Source of the DNA: Klebsormidium nitens
Taxonomy: Eukaryota; Plantae; Klebsormidiophyceae
Assembly (NCBI GenBank): GCA_000708835.1
Contig: DF237082.1
Location: forward strand, 1 to 64,000
Direction of reading: 5' to 3'
Length of the DNA: 64,000 nt
Shown: positions 8,844 to 21,860 of the stretch, in pieces
Layout of the letters: every line of letters begins with the position of its first letter
Numbering within the stretch: the first letter of the stretch is position 1
Program-made: the position numbers and the translations under genes
The notes under the pieces: model-generated
Told to the model about the DNA's origin: nothing
The model's input: only the letters and a program-made list of their open reading frames with translations
Database searches by the model: none

Positions 8844-11176
8844 TCACAACTCCGCTTTCTTCTTTCCTGGAGCCCGCTTCTTCCTCGTTTTCGGCGCTTG
8901 GGACCCCTTCTCAATCTTGGCCTCCACTTCGTCGCTCTTCTTCCCGTTTCGTTTCCGAGTGATCTCTCCACTTTTTGGTTTGCCACTGCGACTCTCTACT
9001 TCGATGTCGCTAACAGACCGAGTCACTTCACTCTCCAACGGAGGCAGAGCTTGCTCATCTTCGTGTGCGATGTTTGGTGCTGGACCATGTGCTGGTGCCA
9101 AGACCACCCCCAAGGACCCCGCAACGGCTTCCGGGTTGCTCGACGGTTGGCTTGGAAGCTCAATGAAGCTCGCTATCTCCTCCCGACTCTTTTCAACGTT
9201 TGCTTCATCGCTCTCCACAGCTTCCTCCCAAGGTGTTGACCCCTTGGAACCCGCTTGCCGTTCTCTGCCGCGTGTCCCGTTTCTTTGCGCTCTCTCAGCG
9301 GGAAGCTCATTGACCTCAACCTCGACCGTCGCTGCATGCTCCCCTTCCCGCGCGCCATTTTGGATGCCGCCCAACTCTGTGACCTCCTTTTCCGGGTCTG
9401 CCGACACCACTTGTGGCTTCGAATGCACCTCTTCATCAGAGTCCGAATCAGAATCCGAGCTCGACTCGGGATCCACTTTTACCGCCGACAGAGGGACCAC
9501 TTTCTTTTCCCCGGCAGTGGCAATTGTACCCTGATCTTGTATCACCACCTTTTCGTGCCCAGCTTCGGCCTTTGTGGCCAGATCAATATGTTTTCTCCCT
9601 TCAAAGGCCTCTCAGTTACGTTCGGCCCCGCATCAGACAGGTTATTTTGGACCTCACCGCCAGCCCTGTCTTGGATACCGCTCTGACGCGCATCGTGGCC
9701 CGCACTTTGCTCTGCCCCCTGCTCAACCTTGTCGTCCTCGGCTCCCAGAACCGCATCCACGATGCCCGCTTGCTCGACCCCTGCTCGACCTGCTTCCCCA
9801 TACGTCCCTTCCGAGCCCTGACTCCGGCGCATGTCTCCCAGCATGGTGGTCACAGCCTCTCCGCTCGCAAGGCCGAGGTTAGCCCGCTTGACAAACTCCG
9901 AAAACGGGGGAGGGGCTTCGAGTTGGATCCCGGAGCGTCGCGCGGTTTCGAGGAACATTTGAGCCTCCGCCTCTGCTTGAGCAGCCATTTGGGCCTGGGC
10001 ACTTTCACCGAGCGCGGCTGCAAACCTGGCAATCTCCTCTTCCTGTTGGCGCAGAAGGATTGTCAAGATCAGACCAAAATCGGAGGGATTGTGCAGCAAG
10101 ATGCACAAAAAGTGTCAGTAAAGGAAGACTGTGATTGAACGTCTGTTAGGATTTTGAGGAGGACCTCAGCGACTACAACATGACAGGACATGATGGAGCA
10201 ACTTTTGATAAGCCAGATCTGGTGACTTGAGTGATCAAGAGATGGTCAGAATGCCTACGAAGCAACTAGGCACCGCTCCTAGGCACTTTCAAAAGGGAAG
10301 AGTTTAGTGCCCAGCTTTTTCAGGATCTGACTGTACTTATTCAGACCGCTGGTGAGAAGACAAAAGATACAGTGACCTCCTGCTGAGGGCAAATTCTTGC
10401 GGCCATAACTTGTCTACTTTCAAAAAGATGAACAAAGTGAGGAGTATCTCGACAGTCTACTTGGTCTTCTTCCTACGATTCTACGAAAGCGATTGACGTC
10501 AACAAGCGTCAACCCGAATCTGTTCCCCTGGTGCTCACCTGTGCAATATAGCCATCCTTGATTGTCTTCAGCGCCTCGGAACTCTGCCGCAGCTCCTCCA
10601 AGATCTGCTTTTCTAGTGCCGCCTGCTGCACAGCGCGGCGCGCTTCTCTCTGCACAAATAAACAATAACCGTAGGCTTCACTATCAAAGTCACACTGCTT
10701 GCTAGTCAGCAATGACCCTGTGAACAAGCAAAGGTGCGCTGGGGGAAGATGAAGGAGCTGCATATTCCAGACGTGCCCCTTGACAACTTAATCTCCATCA
10801 ACTCCCGCAAGGAATTGCAGAGAACAAATCCAGCACTTTTGAACAAACATAATAAAGGTCATGCAGGAGCAATTCTGGCCAGTGGAGCCTGGAGCAGAAG
10901 TCGCTGGCGGGAGCACATGCCTACACCACTTTCTGGGCCAATCTTTCTTCGAGATGTTAATTTGAAGCATCAAGCGACTTTGATAAGGAGTCGAAGCTAA
11001 TCTGTCTAATACGCAATGCCACTTGATAGGCTCCATTGAGACGTCAATTGCAGGTGCCGACAAGCAATCACCTGCGCAATCTCTTTCTGCAGCTGCATGA
11101 TGCCCTTCTGCACGGCATCATCTTTGCCCGTCAGGATCCGATATGCATCTAGGACTCTTTTGAAGAAACTAGTCAT
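8844..11176 (-). CDS. Hypothetical protein: N-terminal coiled coil, long acidic/low-complexity region, Lys-rich C-terminus
   Basis: Phase-0 exons 11072-11176 (ATG) and 10539-10649, then a long exon from 10042 down to TGA at 8844, all with canonical GT/AG. The long exon changes frame near 9590-9620. No family recognised. Confidence 0.6.
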
Positions 11177-11829
11177 GATTGCGCGAGTGCCCCGGATATC
11201 AGACACTTTGGCTTTGGCAAAGCCCACACGATGTCAATGTGGCGGCTGATAGCTGCTCAATGAATGCAGCTATTTTGTGGCATTCACGGGCAGAACTTCC
11301 ACCTGATAGAGAAGCAAGAGCTGCTCATCCTTTTCTTGAGCTGTCGCTCTGAAGACTACCTACCTATTCAGACTCTAGCCTCAGGCTCTAGTGTCGTGCT
11401 TATAAACGTGAATGCATTGCTCTCTCTTCCAGAGAACCGCCCACCCCCCTGTTTGGTCAGACAGGGACGAGAGACGAGAGAATTAAGATATCGACGGTCC
11501 AGATTTACCAGTCGAACTATCTTGTGGTCCTGCGCTTGTGTGAGATTCTTTGATCCAGGGACTGATCTGGCAACCCCCCAGCAGCGAGCACAGCGGGTTG
11601 CTGGGTTTCAGTACTAGTGAAGATAGCTGCTATGCTTGGGCGTAGACCTGCTGGCACCAGTGCAGGGACCTGCATTCCTTGCACTGAACTCGAGGTTCAA
11701 GTTTTACGTCCAACAAAGTGCTGAGTGACGTTTCTCTTTTGGAAACAATAGTTGAAGTCGCTCTGGCCTTTTCGTAGCAGCTGCGTGTCGCTCTGCTGCT
11801 TGCATTCACCTTGTTCGAGAAAAGAAAAC

Positions 11830-13115
11830 ATGGCGGGTGCAGCCGCAGCTTGTTGGAGCGCTTACAGCACCGCACATTGCGTCCTTAGACAGACAGAATG
11901 TGATACTCACCGCGGAGTTGCTGATGCCCGTTTGGCTGCACCTGCAAGATGTTACTTGAGTGTTGGATCAAAGAAGAACTTTCTGCGAGGACAGCGGTTG
12001 CAAAGTCATGTGACGGGGGGTACCGACCGCGTCAGAATGTCTGCGGAGCCGGAACTTCAAACAACTCCAACCCCTGAGGGGGCTGAGGATCCCGAGCTTT
12101 CCGCTTATGAGAAGGAGTTGAAAGTAGGCAAGTTCAAGATCCAAGGTGAGTACCAGGCTCCTGTGAGAACCTTGTAATGCTGTTTGCTGGACCACATGAG
12201 GGCACATTTTAAACTTGCACGACTCTGCTAGCTTGGTGGTGGATAACTGTGCAGAACTGGGTGAGCAAGAAGCACGCCGTACAATGAAGCCCGCCGTAAG
12301 AAGAAGTACACTGTAAAAGGAGAATATGATGAAAATTTTGTCCTCTGGCAGCTTCAGTGTGGACTGGAATCAAATGTCTGAGGTTTAGAAAACCCAAAGA
12401 TGTTGGTGTGCACAAAGTGGGCAGCCCTCAGGAGTAGGATTATTTTGGGCATCTTGTTGGGAGCTTTGTGTTTGCTGATGGACCACTGGACCTGCCACTC
12501 TGAAGTGGTTCAGAGGGTGCTGTTCAAAGGTGATGAAACATGATCGAGGTTGCTGTGGTGGGTTTAAAATTAGGGTTTTGATGTCATCATGCACATCAAC
12601 TTTGCAATGAGCTCGTCGTCATTGAGGCACAGGACATGCCCTCGGCGTAAACAGTGTAGTTGCTTAAGATGTTCTGCCGATGCATTCTGAACGGCGGCCG
12701 GGCTGTGGGGCCTGGATGGGAAGGTACAAGCTTTGGAGATCGTTCCAAGGGGCCTCTCCTTATGATTGCTTGTACTTCTTCCGCAGATGTACAGGAGAAG
12801 TATGCTGTCAAAGAGTCTGGCAAATTCGAGTGCAACTCTTGTGGTTATGAGTACAAGCCAGAGGAAGGAGATTCGAGCTACCCGGTTTCCAGGGGCACAG
12901 AATTTAAGGACCTCCCGGAGGACTGGCAGTGTCCCATTTGTGGAGCTGCAAGAGAAGGCTTCGTGAATAAGGGAGTTCAGCTTTCTGGGTTTGTCCAAAA
13001 CCAAGGATTTGGGTTGGGAGGCAACAGTTTGACTAGCAACCAGAAGTCCATCCTGATCTACGGTTCACTCGTTTTCTTCTTCTGCCTATTCTTGTCCGGT
13101 TACTTTTTGCAATAG
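11830..13115 (+). CDS. RBD1: Thylakoid membrane-anchored rubredoxin (RubA/RBD1 type) with plastid transit peptide
   Basis: Exons 11830-12145 and 12787-13115. CNSC...DLPEDWQCPICGA iron-binding pair, then GF.QNQGFGLGGNSLTSNQKSILIYG and a C-terminal transmembrane helix. Confidence 0.93.
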
Positions 13116-14615
13116 GTCTGTTGGAGCAGCATGTGCTGTTATAGGCCGCTCGAGAGACAAGGATCTTACTCGAAATTGGACGATTTTGAGCTTTGCAGGT
13201 CTTGAAGCTGTGAGTAATCTGTTGTGGCTACTTGCATGACGTCTTCTGGATTTGCAAGGGGAATTCGACTGGCAATTGTCCCACTGAAGTGCAAGGTGCA
13301 TTTTGCATTCAGTGTTTATCTGCCAACGACCCTGAACCATTTTGACCAATAGCTTGTGTAGAATTAGACCGTTCACCTTTGTGAGATTGAGTTTCTCTTG
13401 GTCTCTGAGTTGACACCCGTTTCACTGATGTTCTCTTTTCAAACGCCGTAGCCACATGGGCCATAGACTTCCATGGCATACATGGAAATAAATGTTTGAG
13501 TTCTGATTGCTTAGCTGATCAGAAGCTGCAACTTTGCTATGCAACAGGCTCGCAATGCATAGCCCTAGGCTCTGAGTTGAATATACTTCAGTACATGGTC
13601 GGACAATCATCAAGGAGCTGCGTGCCAGAACTTGCACACCCAACCGCCGTCTGTCTGGAATCGTCCTGTCAATGTTATCAATGCATGATGTTGGTATGTA
13701 TGCGAGATCGCGCCATGTCAGATTCGGCATGGACGGTTGCCGGCCGCGTAAATCGAATTCTAACCTGAAACTTTCGAGAGCTTTCATGGATAGTGAGCGC
13801 GCCACCATGCAAATGCTGTACGTTATATGATATACTTGACTGCCCTGCATATTGCAATGCAGCAACTGCACACGATGGCACCACGGCGCAACTCCCTGAT
13901 TTGTATTGCATCCGCAACAGTTTATCGGTACGTATACCCTGAAGCACGCAGATAGTCATGCTCTCGTACGTAGTGGCAGGCCATGCATCATGCAAAAACG
14001 TCCATGCATTAAAATACAACAATGACGGAAATGCCAGCTTAGTTCATGGAAGAGCTTTGCATGAGTGATGCTACACACAATGCTGCTAGCAGGGGGTTGT
14101 ACAGACTGAGCAACTTCCGAACCTCCAGATGCGGGCAAGGTCCTGGCTGTGAAAACAAAGTGAAAGAACAAAAGACTGATGCGTATTAACATGTGGATTC
14201 CTAGGACACGAGGAGAGTGTCAACCATGCTGCTCACCCGTTAAATTGAGCTACTAAACTTGAACGGTATGCAAAAACGTGCTGTAAACTGGCTAATCCGA
14301 CCTCCTCATGTTTCCTAGACACAAGTCCTTTGTGCTATTGAAACGCTACTTTACAACTGATGGTTGAGAAGCTTTGGAGTCAAACTACTAGAACAACAAG
14401 TGCCGCTCGCACGTCTCTCTTTGACTCTATCAAAATTGCTCCGGACAACAATTGGCAAGCCAACCATTATAGGTGCATTTCGCAGACACCTTGCTACCCG
14501 GCTTAGTAGGTCATCTTCATTCCAGGCAACACCGGCTCCAAGACTTATCAGCGAAAATATTCACGTGGATGGAGCCAGCCCATCGAAAAGGTTAGGAAAT
14601 GCACTTGAGTTCGAG

Positions 14616-17600
14616 TTATTTGACAAACGAATCGGAGGGCTTCCATCTGTCATCCACTTGGAAGCCTTCAGAATTGAGGTCACCCTCGGGCAGACCTTGC
14701 TCCTGCAACAGAAAGCAATAAAGTGCACATCAAGCAAAGCGCACCAGAAGACAACCAATTGGGTTCTTGTCGCAATGATACCCACAACAGAGTCGCCAGC
14801 ATAGAAGATCGAACAAGACGGGGATGCTGCCAAACGCATGCAGCCACGCTCATCAAAGTATGACGGGAAACCTGACTGCGTCGAAGGCCCTCTCCACTGA
14901 TGCCTACCTTCATGAAGAAAGCGGCAAGATAGTCGTCCTGGCTTTGATTTCCGTCCTGGCTCGGCATATCTTGCCGCGGCCCCGCTTCTCTATCATTTCG
15001 TGCCTGATACAGGGGTTTTCTCAATCAGTGTGGACTTGCATCGTCGAAAGATCCGTTGAGACAAAAAGAACTGTCAGGGGGGTGTTCAAAAGGCATGCAA
15101 GAGCTCAGAAACTTCGTGACACAAAATTAAACGATAAGACTTGTGCAAGTCTCAAAAGGAAAATTAACATTTGAACATATCCCAATCCAAGGAGCAGGCC
15201 TCGAGCCTCCCACATAAGCAAAGCTACAGCGCGATTGCAGTTCTTTTCAAGGCATCCGACACAATAATGCGGTGTAGAGAGGCCGCCAGCTTACCTGATC
15301 GGACGCCGCGCTCGTCTCATTCCCAGGGCCCATCGGCCCCAGTGACAGGCTCTGGTACTCGTCGCTTTTGAGGCCGTCATCTTTGCCCCGCCTGACAGCA
15401 CCTTCCTGCCAGTGGCCCCCCCGGAAAGGATCCATCCCCACTTTGCCAGGGTTACCCCACCTCGCCCCATCGTTCCCATCCCCATACCCCCCCAGACCCG
15501 GATAGTTGCCCCCCCCGCCCCCAAGCTCAAAGCCCTTTACATCCTCCGAACCCGAGCCGTGCAGTCTTAGCAGGTTTGCTGCGCCCGCATCCCCACCCGC
15601 ATACGCCCCAGGCCCGTTCAAAAGCATGCTCAGCTCGCCGGAGTTCCTCCTACCTGTCAGGCCCGCCTGCTGCGTTTCCAGCCCCCCCATCCGGGGGCCG
15701 GGGCGCCCCATGCCGCCGCTGCCCCCCCTCTGCAGGCTCTGCAGCCCCCTGTTCTGGTTCTGCTGTTGTTGCTGCAACAGCTGGAGCAAAAGCGCGTTCT
15801 GAGACGCGGCTCCGCCCTGCCCCCCAAGCCCTCCCTGCAAGCCGCCCGAACCCCCCCCTCCGCCTAGCGACGGCAGGTTCTGGCGCTGCGCCATCTGGAT
15901 CCGCTGCTGGATCGAGGCGAGCTGCTGCTGCCCCGCTCCCCCGCCCCCGTTCAGCGCGTGCAGCTGCCGCTCCCTCTGCTGGAGGTTTGCCAGCTGCTGC
16001 GCCTGGTTCATGTCAAACATACCCCCCCGCCAGTGACCCCCCCCTGCGGCCATCNNNNNNNNNNNNNNNNNNNNGCGCCTGGTTCACTGTCAAACCATAC
16101 CCCCCCCGCCACGTGACCCCCCCCCTCGCGGCCCATCCCCCCAACGAGGCTCTCGGTAAGCGCCCCAAGCCGGTCTGATTGGGCGTCCCCCGGCTGTTGG
16201 AGCGACTGCAGATTCGCCAAGCTAAGCAGGGTCTGTTGGTCCAAGTTCCCGAGGGTCCCTGCCAACGACCCCCGGCCCGAGAAGGCCGCCAGATTGCTAA
16301 GAGCACCGCGGTTGACGAGCTGCTGCTGCTGGAGGGGGTTGAGAAGGCCCGAGGACGCAAGGGCGCCCAGGCTGGCGGGGAACGACGCGGCGGCGGTCGA
16401 GAAGTTGCTGGGCTCCTTCTTGGTGTGCTGCGCCTCCTCGGCTTGGACACCAGAGAGACGCTTGAGGTACAGCCGGTACTTCTGCAAGTGTGGAGTTTGG
16501 GGGGCGGTTGCATTTCTTATCGCTGTTGAAACGGCTTTTTAGAAGTTGAAGGCTCTTCCCCTTGGTATCTTCAGCAAGCGCCTTGTATTGAGAAGAAGGG
16601 CGTCGAACAGAAGGGTACCCCAAAGCTTGCACCCCAGAACTACACACGCAGCAGCAATACTTCCTTTTCCTTCCCCCTTCCCTACTCTGTCAATGCTGAT
16701 AACACCAAAAGTCAATGCTTACTGATTTCGCACCAGTCGGACACTCGATCGGATATAACCCAGACTGGTTGCTTCTACAGCTTTGTCACAGGCGATGGAA
16801 GCAGTCAACCCAGGATCAAGAGCTGATGCTCTGCTGCAAAGCTCATGCTCATTATCAATCTGGACATGAGACGAGGTTGCCATATGCAGAATCAGAAGGA
16901 AGTGCTACAAAAAGAAATCATACCTGTAGATGACTGGCAACGTTCTCCCTTGTGAGTCCCGTAACTTGCATGATGTCGAGAATCCTCTTTGGAACAGCTT
17001 CTGCGTTGAGGTGTATCAAGTGTCAATAGAAGTCAAACAGGGGCAGAACAAGAAGAACCATAGCACTTCCAGAGAACACTCTCCTATACAGGTTCACACA
17101 TCTGATTCTGCTTCCACTTCCAAGGGTGCCTCTGAGTGCCCTTACCCGAGCAGAAAAGACAAAAGCTTCAACCAGGATTATGCTCAGAAACTGCAGGGTC
17201 TTCAAAAAGAAGGTGAGGCCTGCCACAATGTGGAACCTTCTACCTTCAACAGCCTTTGGGGCTATGGGATATAGCAAGGACTTTAGTAACTTGAATATTG
17301 GATAGTAACATGACACTGTTGAGAAGGAATGACATGAAACTGCTTGGCCCCACAGCAAGGCAAACGCGGCATGGAAGGGAAAGTCTGCAGTCACTCACTA
17401 TCCACCCCCAGCTGATTGACAGCATGAACGAACTTCTGGTGCAGCTCCACCGACCACACAACGCGCTGCTTCTTCAGGCTTGCCATGTCAACATCATCGT
17501 CCTGCCGATCGCTGCCGCCCCCAGAATCAACCTCCTTCCTCTTCTTCCTGTTCTGCGCTGTCTCGGGCGCGCTCGAAATGTCTGCCTCCTCGTCCCGCTT

Positions 17601-19646
17601 CTTGCTGTTGTCCACGCTCCCCGAATGCTCCTGATCTTTCGGAAGGAGATCGCTGCGCTTCCGACGAATGACGTGCTGCCAGATGTTGCGCAGCTCCTCA
17701 ATGCGCACCGGTTTCAGCAGATAGTCGCACGCACCGTGCGTGATGCCCTTCATCACGACATCAGTTTCGCCGTTTGCCGACATCACTGCACAAATGAATG
17801 CAGAAGCCTCTGAGCTTGGAACTTGCTAACAGACGGAGACAACCAATGCAGGCTGACTTTGTGAACATTCATAATGCTCCAACAAGGCGGCAGTCTCCTT
17901 GAGTCGTTCAAGTTGATGGAGTATGCTGATCAGCTCAAACTCTGGGTCAAACAACAAGCACAAGGAGCCTTGGAGCACTCCATTGTGAGCACATGACTTT
18001 TGCTGCTAGCATGCTGCAAGCATGTGCCCAGTGTGGCAAGAAAGAACGAGGCCCGACTTTTCAGACATTTTTTCCTGCCGGGTAATCTGAAAGGGCAGAG
18101 ACCAAGCAAACTTGTAGCCAGTAAGTACCCTGCATTTGAAACTCACTGATGACAGGGAGGTCCATCTCCAGCCCAATGAGCTCCAGCAGCTTGAAACCAT
18201 CCATGTCTGGCATGTAGACATCGCTGATGACGAGGTCGTAGAAATCCTTCTTCTCACGAAGCATGTTCAGCGCGGCCGTCGCACGCTGGCAGGTGGTCAC
18301 TGAAGTAGACAGAGGGGAGGGTAATCAGGACATAAGAGCAACTGCTAACAGATAGTGAACGGCTAATTGCCTAGGACCATCCAAGCACAGCCCTGAAAGT
18401 CCTGCAAAAAGGACAGACGAAATTGTCTCGATACTTGAAGAAGAGTGCCTAGTGAGGACCGCTGAGGTTGGGCCCTTTCGACACAAAGATGCTCCCCTCA
18501 TCACCAGCAGATGGGGAGGATTGGGTGAGCCAGGACGAAAGGACGAGAAAAAGCGAGAGGAAATTGCTCAAATGCCACAGAAGCACACAAAAATTTGTAG
18601 GTGCATAGTAGACAGCTTGACGGTAATCTTCTCCAAATTGCCTCCAGATTATTGCATCCCCCATGCAAAGCGCTTAAAACATTCTCACCAGCAAAAGCGG
18701 GCTAGCAGCTGACTTTTGTCAGCACATCACACATAAACGTCAACTTCGTAATGAGACAAGCTGCCTCATAGGAGAAGGTATGCCAGAATGGTGGTCTCTT
18801 GGGTCTCTCAGTCATCTCCTTTGACCTTCACCAATGCCCACCCGAATTATCACAACAACGTAGTATGTCAGCCTACCCCTAGAACAAACCTCTGCCAAAA
18901 ATTGTAGTCGGCTGTCCGATGAAGTGCAAAAGTCCGTAGCAGCCTTGGTAAAGTCTGCCTTTGGCTTTAAGGACCAGATACCAAGAAGAGCTTTCAATAA
19001 TCGCAGAGAATTACTGTACTTCGAGAGTGTATCAATGCTTTGAAAAACTGCTCTATTGGTATCTCTGACGACAACAAGCCCACCTTGCCAAGAAATGCTG
19101 AATGCCAACAATTCTTGAAGTTGGAGCTGTGAACAGTTCTAGGAATCAGGTGCATAGAGAGGCTATCAACAAAGCTGGCTGCTGGCTTTGGCTCGAAATC
19201 CGCTTTGCGATCATAGATGGCTCTCAAACAATCCTCAGAGTCAACACCTGCCATGCCTGGCTTTTCGAACGTGCAAAGCATCCCCATGTTCAGAGTGCTG
19301 AAAACCTCCGCTCAAAATTGCACAGAGCAGTTTTTGTACAACTGGTTGGCAACAAGCATAGGGAGAGCTCATAAGAAACAAGAGCAATCAATATTATACG
19401 AAAGAGTTAGCATATCCAAATGCAGGAGGAAATATGGTAACACAATCCCCGCAACAACAATTTGCGGCGGGGCCTATGAAGATGCAAAGAATCACAATGG
19501 CTAAACTGATCAAAAAGATTATCACCTGTGTACTGGCATCTCCTTAGCATTCTTTCAAGGATCATCAAACACAGTGGGTCGTCATCCACAACCAACACCT
19601 TCATTCCCACTGGGAACTGGTCGCTCTTGGCTGACTCAGAGGCCAT
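14616..19646 (-). CDS. RRB: Type-B response regulator (receiver + GARP/Myb DNA-binding domain + Gly/Gln-rich activation region)
   Basis: Exons 19526-19646, 18147-18299, 17399-17785, 16924-17000, 15295-16481 (contains an N gap), 14908-15003, 14616-14702. Receiver VLVVDDD...[10 protein letters not shown]...LLKP; [19 protein letters not shown]...[16 protein letters not shown]; C-terminal [13 protein letters not shown] resembles the ARR1/ARR2-type tail. Confidence 0.95.
16055..16074. other. Assembly gap (20 N) whose two flanks overlap
   Basis: 15998-16054 and 16075-16136 are near-identical copies differing by small indels, so the contig ends overlap. Confidence 0.9.
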
Positions 19647-19681
19647 GATGGCTTGACTATATTATTCAACGGGTTGTAACG

Positions 19682-19724
19682 TACCCTTAAATGCTACCCT
19701 TAAATGCTACCCTTAAATGCTACC
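19682..19724. repeat. 13-bp tandem repeat (TACCCTTAAATGC x3.3)
   Basis: Direct reading; it starts 36 nt upstream of the response regulator ATG. Confidence 0.9.
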
Positions 19725-20329
19725 AAAGTGTTGGCTTCTCAAAAGAATGCCCTTGAATTTGTAAGGCCCTGCCACCACATGCTTTTGATATGAGCAGTTT
19801 TGGGCCCTTTTGGCAGGATGCCATGAAAATGCTTGAGAGGGAAGTTCAATTATACCAGGTGAGCTAAAAGAGCTGCCTCGAAGGCGTCAGCTGTTTCCTA
19901 CTTGCAGACGGGTACCATACCAACACACCTTTCCGAGCATTTGAAAAGCCCCGCTTACTCGGCGTCATCAAAAACCAGGCCTGACGACTATTTGCAACCA
20001 ACTTGGAACAAATATGCAAACAGCTCTGTTGGAAACCAACGGATGGATGGACAGCCAGCTACATGCGCTCTAGCTCCCTACCAGCATGCCCCTCTCGCCG
20101 CTCATGAGAACTTGAACGAAGGGACTTCAAGGGAGAATAGCAGCCATGGTGCCGCCAAGATTCACGAGCGTCTAGGTAGCAGCTACTTAGAAGCGTGTCG
20201 TGGGCTGTCGTCTTCAAAAGACTCGAGGCCAGTCCACAATAATTTCTGCTGTGCATATGATAGGCAGCACTGAGCACTGCACAGTGCACACCAGTGGTGA
20301 GCAGTGCAGTGGCATTGCGCACCGCCCAG

Positions 20330-21860
20330 GATTCCGGTACCTGACAAATGACTGTTTGCAAACTTACAAGGTACGTACCGGAGACCGGCTCCATTTGTGA
20401 CCGTACACGGTTTAGAAACGGTTTACAAGTGGTTTATACGTGGTTTAGATTCTAGAAGTGGCTAGCCGCTCATCCTTTGGGTACCTATTTTATTGCGGCA
20501 GGCCTCTGAAAAAGACTAGGTAGATCTAGAAAGGAAGAGGAGCCCCGGGCACGTCAACTACTGGAAATTTGTATAGGTTATCCAACGAGTGCGAGAGAAT
20601 ATCGAAGTTTCGCGTCGAACGAGAGCGGATATTCCACGAGGGCCTCCGAGGCCCGAGTGGAATATGAAGCTCGAGTTTGACGCGAAATCTTCGATATGCT
20701 CGAGCACGAGTGAGGGTAACCGACTTATCGCACGACCGGACTCTGATGCATCGTCGAACCTGGTAAGGGTCTCGCGTTTAGTCAACGGCTGAGCGTTGAA
20801 TAAACATATATATTCACCGCTGGGGTCGCCAACGGTATTCGACGCCGAAACTTTACTGATACTCAACGCCGAAATGGCTGAGCGCAAAAACCGGTCGTGG
20901 GATAACAAACAAGATCCGCTTCGGGGTACGAACCAGCTCAAACTACCTACTGCGTTTGAATATCTATACTGCAGCGGTAATTAACCTAAATTTTCGAACT
21001 AACCCTGACCATCCCCCGGGTACCTTTCGTAGCTTTCAAAATACAACAAGTACGGTCTTGAAGTGGAGTACCGGTATCCGCGGACCGCAGGTCCTGGTAC
21101 GTTGCTTTGACGTCACACGTGTGACTCGTATGAACATGGAATTATAACCCGTTTGTAACGTCGTCATGAAAGGGACTTTTCTTGGTGATCGTCGCGCACA
21201 TATGGTTCGTACTTCATATGTACGGTACCTACCGTCGGTAGCATACCGAGTCCCGACCGTAGGCATGCATGGACACTACGGTAGTACGGTAGGCTGGCAG
21301 TGCTCACTGCTGAGTGGACGGCAGAGGCACACTCAGCCCGGAGCCGAAGCTTGAACAGCCTGGGTAGGTACCTACCGGCTATGCACCTTGCCAGGTACCT
21401 ACCGTAGCTTCCCCAAGCAGTGGCAACTGGCAAGTTGCAACTTGCAAGCCTACTAGTACAAGAGTGACCAATTACCGTAGTACGTACAGTAGAAAGATCC
21501 TGTTGGGAGAGACGAAGAGATTGTGTCCGTCGATCTGAATCTTACATTGCAATCGACGGACCTTGAATAGCCGCGCTTGCCTTTCTTGTCTGACAAATTC
21601 TCGATCTTTTGTGTCAGAAATTGGAAGACATTCATGATTCAGCTTGACGTCCGCATGAAATGTGAACAGCACGCGCGTGCCGGAAAGAGGTACCGTACAG
21701 TTACGGGTACCAATTATTACGGTACGGTCCGTATACCGGTACCGTCTTTGCGTTGGTCGCAGATGGGAGGTACGTACTGGGGCGGAAGGTACGAGTACCA
21801 CTAAAACTTCAAGTTCGAGGGTTTCAACTTTCAAGTTTCAACCCTTCGAAGTTCGAGGGG
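20330..21860. repeat. GTAC-rich, palindrome-rich intergenic block in the divergent spacer between the response regulator and the PP2C-kinase gene
   Basis: 28 GTAC tetramers by hand count in 20337-21799. Perfect palindromes GGTAGGTACCTACC (21363-21376) and GCAAGTTGCAACTTGC (21430-21445). Confidence 0.6.

Noticed and set aside
15998-16136. Apparent 57-bp tandem duplication and frame change inside the response regulator exon
   Set aside because: The copies flank a 20-N gap and differ only by small indels, several in homopolymers, so they are overlapping low-quality contig ends rather than a biological duplication.
18300-19525. ORFs in response regulator intron 1 as a nested gene
   Set aside because: Short, non-ATG or random-looking, with no coherent exon chain.
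19682-19724. Interstitial telomere repeat
   Set aside because: The unit reads TTTAAGGGTAGCA (13 bp) on the minus strand, not TTTAGGG or TTTTAGGG arrays.
20275-20311. CACTGCAC...GTGCAGTG inverted repeat upstream of the response regulator
   Set aside because: Short, and explained by locally repeated CAGTG/CACTG words; no TSD or partner.
20558-20941. 127-aa ORF in the GTAC block as a transposase remnant
   Set aside because: No convincing DDE or hAT dimerisation motif; non-ATG start.
21805-21860. Heat-shock element-like TTC/GAA repeats
   Set aside because: Spacing does not fit nGAAnnTTCn; treated as part of the palindromic block.
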